A DNA stretch of 64,000 bases from NCBI GenBank assembly GCA_963974245.1, contig CAXBBY010000014.1:5881-69880 (forward strand). The letters run 5' to 3'. The notes under the pieces were generated by a model. That model made no database searches. It had not been told where the DNA came from and was given only the letters and a program-made list of their open reading frames with translations. Made by a program: the position numbers and the translations under genes. This stretch comes from an uncultured Flavobacteriaceae bacterium (GTDB lineage: Bacteria; Bacteroidota; Bacteroidia; Flavobacteriales; Flavobacteriaceae). Below, one piece after another: positions 51,561-60,844 of the stretch (its first letter is position 1; the number at the start of each line of letters is the position of its first letter).

Positions 51561-52865
51561 TTAAACAAATAGCTGCTGCAACAAGCCTTTTTTAAACGCT
51601 TGTGTTTTTTCTAATTGTGTTTGTGCATTTTCTATTTTAGTATCAATAGCATTTAAATATTTAGCTATTTTTCTTCTTTCTATTTCACATGGTAATGGAA
51701 TTGGCATTTTAAAAAAATCAGAATTAGAAATATTCATTCTGTCATGTCTGGCACCAAAATTTGCTACACTATTTAAATATTTGTGCCATTCAACAGTTTC
51801 AAAATAAAATTCAAAATATTCTAAATTCTCTTTGTTAAAACTAAATACTAAATATAAAGGAGACATGATTCCTTTTATTAATTTGTTTCTCTTTATTGGA
51901 CCAACAGGAGCATGAACTGAAATTCTTGGGTTATAAATAAAATCATCTTTTTGAACAATATAATACCCTTCTAAATTGTTTTGATTTGCAATATCTCTAT
52001 CAAAATACTCCTTTTGACTAACAATTCCTTGAGTTGCAGAATTAGTTAGCACAAAATTAATTTTACTTCCTTTATTTTTGATAGAGTTTCTTTTAGCAAT
52101 CTTATCTAAAGTTTTTATTTCCCAATCAGGAAAATCTAAACCATCATCATTTTTAAAACGCAATTGCTGACTAAACAATTGTTGCATGACTCCTTTTTTG
52201 TAGTTTTCTAAGTATTCCTTTTTAGTGGTTAGTTGTTGTATTTTTGTATCTACTGCTGTTAAAAATGTGGCTATTTTTTGTTGTTCTGGAAGATTGGGCT
52301 TTGAAAATTTTGTCCTATTAATAATACTATTATAAAGTCTTTGAATAGTTCCTCCTTCCGAATCATATTTTACAATTTGATAAATGTAAAACAAAAATGA
52401 GTTTGTAATTAACTCTTCATTATTATCAATCCAAACTATATTAGAATCTTGAAAATAAGCTTCAACACCATCATAAACAACAGTTCTTCCTAAAGTTCCT
52501 GATGCTGACATCAATATATCACCTATTTTAGGAAATGAAAACCTTTCTCTATAGTTTTTATAAAGTTTTTTAGTTATAAATGCATCAGGCTTTTTACCAA
52601 AAGTTCCTATTTTGTAAAAAGGTATATCTCCAGTTTCGGTAGTTTCACTGCTGAAAATTCTCTTACACATTTTAACTTTTCCAATGTCTCCTAATTTTTT
52701 CTTTTCCCATTCACCCTCAAACTCATTAAAACGAAGTTTGGGTACACGTACGTCATTGCGAAGCTTTTTTGCTGAAGCAATCTCTTTTTTATTGGCAGAT
52801 TGCTTCACTCCGTTCGCAATGACGGTTTGTTTAGCAATTACGTTATTTTTGTTTTCTGCTGTCAT
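51561..52865 (-). CDS. hsdS: Type I R-M specificity subunit
   Basis: PKLRF..F..EWE, two TRDs, P.L.EQQKIA.FL..VD.KI spacer, KKG.MQQLF repeats; TAATG overlap with hsdM. Confidence 0.93.
   Translation of the reverse strand: MTAENKNNVIAKQTVIANGVKQSANKKEIASAKKLRNDVRVPKLRFNEFEGEWEKKKLGDIGKVKMCKRIFSSETTETGDIPFYKIGTFGKKPDAFITKKLYKNYRERFSFPKIGDILMSASGTLGRTVVYDGVEAYFQDSNIVWIDNNEELITNSFLFYIYQIVKYDSEGGTIQRLYNSIINRTKFSKPNLPEQQKIATFLTAVDTKIQQLTTKKEYLENYKKGVMQQLFSQQLRFKNDDGLDFPDWEIKTLDKIAKRNSIKNKGSKINFVLTNSATQGIVSQKEYFDRDIANQNNLEGYYIVQKDDFIYNPRISVHAPVGPIKRNKLIKGIMSPLYLVFSFNKENLEYFEFYFETVEWHKYLNSVANFGARHDRMNISNSDFFKMPIPLPCEIERRKIAKYLNAIDTKIENAQTQLEKTQAFKKGLLQQLFV
52752..52823 (-). repeat. 72-bp double-hairpin REP-like element in frame in the hsdS N-terminus
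   Basis: Perfect 10-bp termini GTCATTGCGA/TCGCAATGAC and perfect inner GAAGCAATCT/AGATTGCTTC; encodes VIANGVKQSANKKEIASAKKLRND. Confidence 0.88.
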
Positions 52866-54439
52866 TAAAAAGGAGTTTCAATATTTAACTGTTTGCAAAA
52901 ATCTTCAATGATTGTATCTGTATCCGCAATTTCTTTTTCTAATGCTTTTAAATCTTTAGAAACACTTAAAAGGTCTATGGCTTCTTCTTCTTCAAACGTA
53001 TCTACATAACGTGGTATGTTTAAATTGTAATCGTTTTCTTTTACTTCCTCTAAAGAAGCAACATAACTATATTTGTCTTTGGTTTCTCTTGTTCTGTAAG
53101 TATCTATAATTTCTTGTAAATGCGCATCTGTTAATACATTTTGCGTTTTTACTTTGTCAAAATGATTGCTGGCATCAATAAATAAAATATTTCGACTACG
53201 CTCAATATGACGGCTTCTGTCTTTTTTTAATACCAATATGCAAGTAGGAATACTTGTCCCAAAAAAGATGTTAGCAGGCAAACCAATAACGGCATCTAAT
53301 TGGTTTTTATCTTCAATTAAATACTTTCTAATATGTCCTTCTGCTGCACCTCTAAACAAAACACCATGTGGTAACACACAGGCCATGGTTCCGTTTTCAT
53401 CTAACTGATGAATCATGTGTTGTACAAAGGCAAAATCTGCTTTACTTTTTGGTGCCATTTTTCCATAAGGAGAAAAACGCTCGTCACTAATAATCGCATC
53501 AGGATTCCAATTCGCAGAAAAAGGCGGATTTGCAACAATGGCTTCAAAACGTTGGTCTATATGTTTTGGTGAAGGATTTACTAAGGTGTCTTCATTATAA
53601 ATATCGAATTTTTTATAATGTACATCGTGCATAATCATATTCATTCTACACAAGTTGTACGTAGTTGGGTTGCTTTCTTGTCCGTAAAAACCACCAACCT
53701 CTTTTACTTCTTTAGAAACTCTTAATAGTAAAGAACCAGAACCACACGTTGGGTCATACACAGATTTTAAACGCTCTTTATCTGTAGTTACAATTTGTGC
53801 TAATATTTTAGAAACTTGTTGCGGCGTATAAAATTCGCCTGCTTTTTTTCCTGCTCCAGAAGCAAACTGACCAATTAAATATTCATAGGCATCCCCTAAT
53901 ACATCATTTTCATTGTTTTCTAAATCAAAATCAATGCCTTCTAAATGCGTTAATACTTTTACAATCAGTTCGTTTTTGGCTTCTTCTGTTTTACCTAGCT
54001 TACTACTTGTTAAATCTAAATCTTCAAAAAGGTTTCCAAAATCATCTTCACTTTCACTTCCCATAGTGCTTTGCTCTATGTTGGTCAGCACTTTTTGTAA
54101 ATCTTCTAAAATGAATTTATTTGTTCCGCCAGAATTACCTCTTTTGGCTAATTCGCTAAATAGTTCTGTAGGTTTTAAGAAATACCCTAAGGCATCTAAA
54201 GCATCTAGTTTTATTTCTTCTAATAACAAAGCTTCACTTTCATGACCAATAACTTGGGAATATTCTAAACCATCTGGTTTTAAAATAATGTTAGCATGTA
54301 GAGACATTTTTTTACTTAAATACTTGTAAAAGATAAAGCCTAGTATATAATCTCTAAAATCATCCGCATCCATATTACCTCTTAAATCGTTGGCAATATT
54401 CCATAAAGTTTGATGCAATTGTAGTTGATTTTCTGACAT
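52865..54439 (-). CDS. hsdM: Type I R-M N6-adenine methyltransferase subunit M
   Basis: LWNIANDLRG, GEFYTP, YDPTCGSGSLL, NPPFS, PHGVLFRG, YNLNIPRYV; likely start MSENQ (54439). Confidence 0.95.
   Translation of the reverse strand: MSENQLQLHQTLWNIANDLRGNMDADDFRDYILGFIFYKYLSKKMSLHANIILKPDGLEYSQVIGHESEALLLEEIKLDALDALGYFLKPTELFSELAKRGNSGGTNKFILEDLQKVLTNIEQSTMGSESEDDFGNLFEDLDLTSSKLGKTEEAKNELIVKVLTHLEGIDFDLENNENDVLGDAYEYLIGQFASGAGKKAGEFYTPQQVSKILAQIVTTDKERLKSVYDPTCGSGSLLLRVSKEVKEVGGFYGQESNPTTYNLCRMNMIMHDVHYKKFDIYNEDTLVNPSPKHIDQRFEAIVANPPFSANWNPDAIISDERFSPYGKMAPKSKADFAFVQHMIHQLDENGTMACVLPHGVLFRGAAEGHIRKYLIEDKNQLDAVIGLPANIFFGTSIPTCILVLKKDRSRHIERSRNILFIDASNHFDKVKTQNVLTDAHLQEIIDTYRTRETKDKYSYVASLEEVKENDYNLNIPRYVDTFEEEEAIDLLSVSKDLKALEKEIADTDTIIEDFCKQLNIETPF
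53189..53211 (-). repeat. REP-like unit in frame in hsdM
   Basis: Coding strand GTCATATTGAGCGTAGTCGAAAT (RHIERSRN); 18/21 identical to the intergenic unit at 44953-44973. Confidence 0.8.
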
Positions 54440-54561
54440 TTGTTTTTTTTTGTAAATGCTTATGAAAGTAGGTTCATAAACAAGCAATTTGTTTTTTCTT
54501 TAAAATTAGTAAAATTGATAGAACTACCAAGAGAATAATACATACATTTTAAAATAAATAT

Positions 54562-54750
54562 TTAGGGGTTAGGAGCTAGTAGTAAATCTCTTGCTTCTTG
54601 TCTCTTGTTTCTTGCTTCTAGTTTCTTCTCTTTTTAGCTTACAGCATATAGCTTAATGCCTATTGCTTTTTGAATCTGCAACTCTGCAACTTTGAACCTT
54701 AGGATTAATGCTTAGTAGCAACTCTCTTGGCTCTTGTTTCTTGCTTCTCT
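54562..54750. repeat. Mosaic of short-period (7-8 bp) tandem repeat tracts
   Basis: TTAGGRG-like x3 (54562), TCTTGNN x6 (54589-54630), NNWGCNT x5 (54634-54668), TCTGCAAC x2 (54675-54690), TCTTGNN x3 (54725-54745). Confidence 0.75.
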
Positions 54751-54761
54751 ACAACAATCAG

Positions 54762-55145
54762 CTAATAATCAAGCTCTAAAATATCATAATGCGAAGCATG
54801 CTTAACCACTACTCCATTTTGTATGACTAATAACTGTGGAGATTGATGCAGTATTTGAAAAGCGTAACCAACTTCATCAGAAACTGCTCTATAATTCAGT
54901 AAATCTAAATAATACAACTGCACTTTTTTATGAGATAAAGTATAAGATTTTTCAAACTGTTTGAATACCATTCTGCTAGTTCCACATCGGGTTGAGTGCT
55001 TAAAAATAAGCACCGTTTCTTTGTTAGAAAGCTCTTTTATTGCGGTGATTTGATCTACTGATGTTAACGGAATCCAATTTATATTAGATTTTTGTTCTTT
55101 ACTTTCTTCTGAACTACTTTTAAAGATATTTTTAAATAAACTCAT
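54762..55145 (-). CDS. ytxJ: YtxJ/DUF2847-family thioredoxin-like protein
   Basis: IFKHSTRCGTS, YYLDL..YR.VS, HQSPQ. Confidence 0.82.
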   Translation of the reverse strand: MSLFKNIFKSSSEESKEQKSNINWIPLTSVDQITAIKELSNKETVLIFKHSTRCGTSRMVFKQFEKSYTLSHKKVQLYYLDLLNYRAVSDEVGYAFQILHQSPQLLVIQNGVVVKHASHYDILELDY

Positions 55146-55306
55146 GTATCGTTTTTAGGGTAAGTCGTACGTTTTTAAATTCCTTTCATCAGTCAAAAAG
55201 TCATTAATACTAGTGCTTTAGCAGACAATATGACTTGTTAAGTGCTTATTTTTTGAATGGTATTAATTTTGACACAAAGTAACTGAAAAAGTAAAACATA
55301 TATATC

Positions 55307-57913
55307 ATGAATTTTAATAATTATACCATAAAATCACAAGAAACCATACAACTTGCACAACAACTTGCGCAAGGTTATGGGCACAATCAAATAGAAAATG
55401 AGCATATTTTTAAAGCTCTTTTTGAGGTAGATGAAAACGTGTTGCCTTTTCTATTAAAGAAATTAAACAGCAATCTAGATGTGCTAAAGCAATTGTTAGA
55501 AAAGCAATTAGAAAGTTTTTCTAAAGTTACAGGAGCAGAAATCACACTTTCTAGAGAAGCTTCAAAAACGTTAACAGAAGCAGCTATTATAGCAAAAAAA
55601 ATGAATGATGAGTATGTATCAATAGAACATATCATCTTAGCTATTTTTACATCTAAAAGTACCATTGCTCAAATTTTAAAAGATCAAGGAATTACAGAAA
55701 AAGGACTGAAAGATGCCATCAACGAACTTCGTAAAGGAGATCGAGTAACCTCACAAAGTGCTGAAGAAAACTACAATGCATTAAATAAATATGCAAAGAA
55801 TTTAAATCAGTTAGCTCGTGATGGCAAGTTAGACCCTGTAATTGGTAGAGATGAAGAAATTAGACGTTTGCTACAAATCTTATCTCGTAGAACTAAGAAC
55901 AATCCAATCTTAGTTGGTGAGCCTGGAACTGGTAAAACTGCTATTGCAGAAGGATTGGCACATCGTATTATTGATGGCGATATTCCTGATAATTTAAAAG
56001 ACAAAGTAATTTATGCGTTAGATATGGGTGCCTTAATTGCAGGAGCAAAATACAAAGGTGAATTTGAAGAGCGTCTAAAAGCGGTGATTAAAGAAGTTAC
56101 TTCATCAGACGGAGATATTGTCTTATTTATTGATGAAATACATACCTTAGTTGGTGCTGGTGGTGGACAAGGTGCTATGGATGCCGCAAATATTTTAAAA
56201 CCTGCTTTGGCTCGTGGCGAATTGCGTGCAATTGGTGCAACGACTCTTGATGAATATCAAAAATACTTTGAGAAAGACAAAGCATTAGAGCGTCGTTTTC
56301 AAAAAGTAATTGTTGATGAGCCAGATACAGAAAGTGCTATTTCTATTTTAAGAGGAATTAAAGAGAAATACGAAACACATCATAAAGTACGTATTAAAGA
56401 TGATGCTATTATTGGCGCGGTAGAATTGTCGCAACGTTATATTACCAATCGTTTTTTACCAGATAAAGCTATTGATTTAATGGATGAATCTGCTGCTAAA
56501 ATGCGCATGGAGATTAACTCGAAGCCAGAAGAGCTAGATGTGCTAGACAGAAAAGTGATGCAATTAGAAATTGAAATTGAAGCCATCAAAAGAGAAAATG
56601 ACAAGGCGAAATTAAAATCTCTAAATGCAGACTTAGCAAATCTAAAAGAAGAACGCAATGAAATCAATGCAAAATGGCAAAGCGAAAAGAGTATTGTTGA
56701 CGGGATCCAAACCATTAAAACCGATATCGAAAACGCAAAATTAGAAGCTGATAAAGCAGAACGTAATGGCGATTATGGTAAAGTAGCAGAAATAAGATAC
56801 GGAACCATTAAGGAGTTGCAAGAACAGTTAGAACAACAACAAACTCTACTTGATGAAAAAGGAGACAACACCTTAATTAAAGAAGAAGTAACTTATGATG
56901 ATATTGCTGAAGTGGTTGCAAAATGGACTGGAATTCCGGTTACAAAAATGCTACAATCTGAACGTGAAAAGTTATTGCGTTTAGAAGAAGAATTGCACAA
57001 ACGCGTGGTTGGTCAAGAAGAAGCAATTGAAGCTGTATCTGATGCTGTAAGACGCTCTAGAGCTGGTTTGCAAAACCCGAATAAACCAATAGGTTCGTTC
57101 TTGTTTTTAGGCACAACTGGAGTTGGAAAAACAGAATTGGCAAAAGCATTGGCAAGTTATTTGTTTGATGATGAAAGCGCTATGACACGAATTGATATGA
57201 GCGAATATCAAGAACGCCATGCTGTGAGTAGATTAATTGGAGCGCCTCCAGGATATGTAGGTTATGATGAGGGAGGACAATTAACAGAAGCTGTAAGAAG
57301 AAAACCGTATTCTGTAGTGTTGTTAGATGAAATTGAAAAAGCGCATCCAGATACTTTTAATATTTTATTACAAGTATTAGATGAAGGGCATTTAACTGAT
57401 AATAAAGGACGCATTGCAGATTTTAAGAACACGATTATCATTATGACATCCAATATGGGAAGTCAGATTATTCAAGATAAGTTTAGCGAACCAAATGCGA
57501 ATATCGCATCGGTTACAGAATTGGCTAAAATAGAAGTGTTAGGATTGCTAAAACAAACGGTAAGACCAGAATTTATAAATAGAATTGATGATATTGTGAT
57601 GTTTACTCCATTAACTAGAAATAATATTATTTCGATTGTAAAATTGCAATTGGATTTGGTTAAAAAAGTAATTGCAAAGCAAGAAATCACCTTGGATGCA
57701 ACAGATGAAGCCATTGAATATCTAGCCAATAAAGGATATCAACCAGAATTTGGAGCAAGGCCTGTAAAACGTGTGATACAAAAAGAAGTATTAAATCAAT
57801 TATCTAAAGACATTTTAGCAGGTAAAGTAACCACAGATAGTATGATTTTGTTAGATGCTTTTGATGAGCAATTGGTTTTTAGAAATCAATCTGATTTGGT
57901 GAATCATAAATAA
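55307..57913 (+). CDS. clpB: ATP-dependent disaggregase ClpB
   Basis: Two AAA+ modules ([16 protein letters not shown]), coiled-coil M domain, PPGYVGY. Confidence 0.97.
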   Translation: MNFNNYTIKSQETIQLAQQLAQGYGHNQIENEHIFKALFEVDENVLPFLLKKLNSNLDVLKQLLEKQLESFSKVTGAEITLSREASKTLTEAAIIAKKMNDEYVSIEHIILAIFTSKSTIAQILKDQGITEKGLKDAINELRKGDRVTSQSAEENYNALNKYAKNLNQLARDGKLDPVIGRDEEIRRLLQILSRRTKNNPILVGEPGTGKTAIAEGLAHRIIDGDIPDNLKDKVIYALDMGALIAGAKYKGEFEERLKAVIKEVTSSDGDIVLFIDEIHTLVGAGGGQGAMDAANILKPALARGELRAIGATTLDEYQKYFEKDKALERRFQKVIVDEPDTESAISILRGIKEKYETHHKVRIKDDAIIGAVELSQRYITNRFLPDKAIDLMDESAAKMRMEINSKPEELDVLDRKVMQLEIEIEAIKRENDKAKLKSLNADLANLKEERNEINAKWQSEKSIVDGIQTIKTDIENAKLEADKAERNGDYGKVAEIRYGTIKELQEQLEQQQTLLDEKGDNTLIKEEVTYDDIAEVVAKWTGIPVTKMLQSEREKLLRLEEELHKRVVGQEEAIEAVSDAVRRSRAGLQNPNKPIGSFLFLGTTGVGKTELAKALASYLFDDESAMTRIDMSEYQERHAVSRLIGAPPGYVGYDEGGQLTEAVRRKPYSVVLLDEIEKAHPDTFNILLQVLDEGHLTDNKGRIADFKNTIIIMTSNMGSQIIQDKFSEPNANIASVTELAKIEVLGLLKQTVRPEFINRIDDIVMFTPLTRNNIISIVKLQLDLVKKVIAKQEITLDATDEAIEYLANKGYQPEFGARPVKRVIQKEVLNQLSKDILAGKVTTDSMILLDAFDEQLVFRNQSDLVNHK

Positions 57914-57916
57914 AAA

Positions 57917-57941
57917 CCTTTCAACTCCGCTCAAGGAGACA
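57917..57941 (+). repeat. REP-like unit after clpB
   Basis: CCTTTCAACTCCGCTCAAGGAGACA resembles CCTTTCGACTTCGCTCAAGATAAAC at 47807. Confidence 0.65.
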
Positions 57942-57962
57942 TTTAAAGGTTTAATTAACTTG

Positions 57963-57994
57963 AAAAAAGCGGTGTTTTATTAAACATCGCTTTT
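57963..57994 (+). terminator. Intrinsic terminator after clpB
   Basis: AAAAAAGCGGTGTTT-TATT-AAACATCGCTTTT. Confidence 0.75.
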
Positions 57995-58028
57995 ATTTTT
58001 TTATATTCGTGCAACAAAACATGATATC

Positions 58029-58538
58029 ATGAAAAAACACGTACTACTTATTGTTTTTGCGCTTGTTACGTTTGCTGGTTTTTCTCAAGAAAAAGAAGAT
58101 CAAGTAACCACTTATTATTTAATTCGCCATGCAGAAAAAAACAGAGCTGTTGAAGGCGATAAAGATCCTTTTTTAACTGAGAAAGGTACTAATCGTGCAA
58201 AACATTGGGCAGAAGTATTATCTACTGCAAATATTGATATGGTTTATTCAACCAATTATAATAGAACTAAAGAAACTGCACGGCCAACTGCAACACAAAA
58301 CGGATTGCGTTTATACATGTACAATCCAAGAAAAATGTACGATGAAGAATTTAAGTTCAATACAAAAGGGAAAAATGTATTAATTGTTGGTCATAGCAAT
58401 ACAACAAATGCTTTTGCCAATAAAATATTAGGTAAAAATAAATATAGCCAAATTAATGATAATAATAATGCTAATTTATACATTGTTACTGTTACTAAAA
58501 GCGGAGCAACAAGTGTGTTGTTAAAGATTGATAATTAA
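58029..58538 (+). CDS. Exported histidine phosphatase (phosphoglycerate mutase/SixA-like)
   Basis: Signal peptide, IRHAEK, STNYNRT, VGHSNT. Confidence 0.82.
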   Translation: MKKHVLLIVFALVTFAGFSQEKEDQVTTYYLIRHAEKNRAVEGDKDPFLTEKGTNRAKHWAEVLSTANIDMVYSTNYNRTKETARPTATQNGLRLYMYNPRKMYDEEFKFNTKGKNVLIVGHSNTTNAFANKILGKNKYSQINDNNNANLYIVTVTKSGATSVLLKIDN

Positions 58539-58543
58539 TAAAG

Positions 58544-58586
58544 CTCTCAATACATCACGCCAAAAAGCGTGACACTCAAACAGACA
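58544..58586 (+). repeat. Degenerate hairpin element between convergent genes
   Basis: CTCTCAATACA-TCACGC-CAAAAA-GCGTGA-CACTCAAACAGACA; ends resemble the CTCGA...CTCGA-x-TGAC units. Confidence 0.5.
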
Positions 58587-58599
58587 GTGATGTAAGTAA

Positions 58600-59340
58600 T
58601 TAATTTAAGATTTCAACTTTTACATTTTCTAAATTAATTTCTGAAAGCTTTATTAACTCATTATTTTCAAATGCTTTATCTAAGTTTTCTAATTTAGCAG
58701 CAGTATTTTTTGGTTTATAATTGTTATAATCAGCAAAACGGATTCCATTTACAATACGCACATTTTTCGATTCTCTAAATCGCTTTCCTCCTTCACCAGT
58801 GTGGTAACTATATGCTAAATAATCTACTGTAAAAGTCTCTTTATTAATCCAATATATAAAAACATCTTCAAAATCTTCTCCACCTCCATCTTGAGTAAAA
58901 CTAATTTTTACTTTATAATACGGCTGCTTTTTAACCTTTGTTTCTTTCAATAATTTCTTTTGCACAGCTTTATCGTTTAAACCAAAAGGTAGTACAGAAA
59001 AATAATGTACAGAATTTACAGAACCTGTATATTTTATAGCCATAGAATCTGGAATATTGCTTAACTCGTCATTTTTAAAACGCTTAAAACCATTGTTAGA
59101 CAATTCGTCTTTGATTAATATTGAATCTTCTTTAAACATTCTAACCAGTTTAAATAAACCCTTGTTTCTGTTTGCACTATATGTTTTATCTCTAAAATTA
59201 AATTCAATTTTTGAGTTCGATATTTTATCTGAACCACTAGCTATAATAGCTTTGTCAATAATTTCTTGTGCAGTTAACGGTATGTTTTTTTGTTTACATG
59301 AAGCAAACACAATTAGGATTAAAAATAAAAAGTTACGCAT
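58600..59340 (-). CDS. DUF6503-like lipoprotein
   Basis: Likely start MRNFLF, lipobox FASC; SVNSVHYF..LPFGLND, QDGGGEDF.D, DYLAYSY, GGKRFR. Confidence 0.65.
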   Translation of the reverse strand: MRNFLFLILIVFASCKQKNIPLTAQEIIDKAIIASGSDKISNSKIEFNFRDKTYSANRNKGLFKLVRMFKEDSILIKDELSNNGFKRFKNDELSNIPDSMAIKYTGSVNSVHYFSVLPFGLNDKAVQKKLLKETKVKKQPYYKVKISFTQDGGGEDFEDVFIYWINKETFTVDYLAYSYHTGEGGKRFRESKNVRIVNGIRFADYNNYKPKNTAAKLENLDKAFENNELIKLSEINLENVKVEILN

Positions 59341-59462
59341 GTTTTTTGTTTTTTTTAGGTCAATAATAATTGAACATCTTTTACAATTCAAAAATACACT
59401 TATTCTTCTGAATCAAAAATGTATCTTTGCTAATATTATTTTACTTTTTTTATTACGGATTA

Positions 59463-59918
59463 ATGCAGAAAAAAATAAACATACAGAATAAAAAAGCACG
59501 TTTTGAGTACGAATTTCTAGATACCTACACCGCTGGAATTCAGTTAACAGGAACAGAAATAAAGTCTATTAGAGAAAGTAAAGCTAGGATTACTGAAAGT
59601 TTTTGTGAGTTTAATGAACGTGGAGAATTGTTTGTGGTAAATATGTTTATTGAAGAATATTCTCATGGTAATTTTTACAACCACAATCCAAAAAGCGAGC
59701 GTAGATTGTTATTAAATAAACGAGAACTTAAAAAATTAGAAAAACAAGTTAAAAATACTGGACTTACAATTGTTCCTCTAAAATTATTTTTAACAGATAA
59801 AGGTTGGGCAAAGTTAAACATTGCATTAGCAAAAGGAAAAAAACTGCACGACAAAAGAGAAACGCTAAAAGACCGAGATAGTAAACGTGATTTAGCTCGA
59901 ATTAAAAAGAACTTTTAG
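59463..59918 (+). CDS. smpB: SsrA-binding protein
   Basis: NKKARFEY, AGIQLTGTEIKSIR, RRLLLNKRE, GKKLHDKR. The -7 box TATCTTTG at 59422-59429 argues against the TTG 59427 start. Confidence 0.96.
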   Translation: MQKKINIQNKKARFEYEFLDTYTAGIQLTGTEIKSIRESKARITESFCEFNERGELFVVNMFIEEYSHGNFYNHNPKSERRLLLNKRELKKLEKQVKNTGLTIVPLKLFLTDKGWAKLNIALAKGKKLHDKRETLKDRDSKRDLARIKKNF

Positions 59919-59920
59919 GC

Positions 59921-60841
59921 ATGATTTCTTTTTTAAAATTGATTCGTTATAAAAATCTATTCATGGTTTTATTAACGATAGTTTTAACAAAATATGTTGT
60001 TATTGATTCCTTTACTTCTGCTATTTCAGATTTTCAATTCATTTTATTAGTAATTAGTATTCTTTGCATTACTGCTGGAGGATATATTATTAATGATATT
60101 TTTGATATAAAAGCAGATAAAATAAACAAACCAACTAAGGTTTATATTGAGAAAACAATTTCCAAAAAGAATGCTTTTCTTGCATATATATTACTATGCC
60201 TTTTAGGTTTAGTTTTAGGGGTTTACACTTCGTATATTAAAGGAAACATATCTTACTCTATTTTCTTTATAAGTATAATTATATTATTGTATTGGTATTC
60301 AAAATCTTTGAAAAGGATTGCTGTTATTGGAAATTTAGTGATTGCATTTTTAACAGCACTTACTATATTTATTGTATTTGTTTTTGAAATAAAAAACACC
60401 AATACAGCTTTTAATTTAGTTGAAGCAATATCAAATTTCTTTATTTCTATTTCAATAACTATCTCTATTTTTATCTACATCATTTTTGCTTTTTTCATGA
60501 CATTTATTAGAGAAGTCATTAAAGATATTGAAGATGTAAAAGGAGATTACGCGTTACAAATGAAAACATTACCAATTTTAATTGGAGTAAAAAGAACAAA
60601 GAACATTGCTCTATTAATAGCTTCTTTAGTGTTTGTTTTCATTCTTTTTATTCTAAAAGAAGAATTATTACAGTTGCCTATTTTATTATGGTACACCATC
60701 CTTTTTATAATTCTTCCTTTTACGTGGTTTTTATACAAACTATACAATTCAAAAACTAAAAAAGAGTTTCATTTGCTTAGTAATCTACTTAAAATTATTA
60801 TGTTTTTTGGTGTTTTATCAATGCTGCTCATCAAATTTTAA
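59921..60841 (+). CDS. UbiA-family prenyltransferase, DGGGP-synthase-like
   Basis: GGYIINDIFDIKADKINKP and REVIKDIEDVKGD Asp-rich motifs; polytopic membrane protein. Confidence 0.8.
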   Translation: MISFLKLIRYKNLFMVLLTIVLTKYVVIDSFTSAISDFQFILLVISILCITAGGYIINDIFDIKADKINKPTKVYIEKTISKKNAFLAYILLCLLGLVLGVYTSYIKGNISYSIFFISIIILLYWYSKSLKRIAVIGNLVIAFLTALTIFIVFVFEIKNTNTAFNLVEAISNFFISISITISIFIYIIFAFFMTFIREVIKDIEDVKGDYALQMKTLPILIGVKRTKNIALLIASLVFVFILFILKEELLQLPILLWYTILFIILPFTWFLYKLYNSKTKKEFHLLSNLLKIIMFFGVLSMLLIKF

Positions 60842-60844
60842 AGT

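Noticed and set aside
51561-52865. hsdS phase-variable shufflon
   Set aside because: Only one hsdS, and no silent TRD copies, recombinase or flanking inversion repeats. The internal palindrome is a REP-like element.
35693-58586. Repeats considered as a CRISPR array
   Set aside because: Dispersed, variable palindromes without regular repeat-spacer periodicity; no cas genes.
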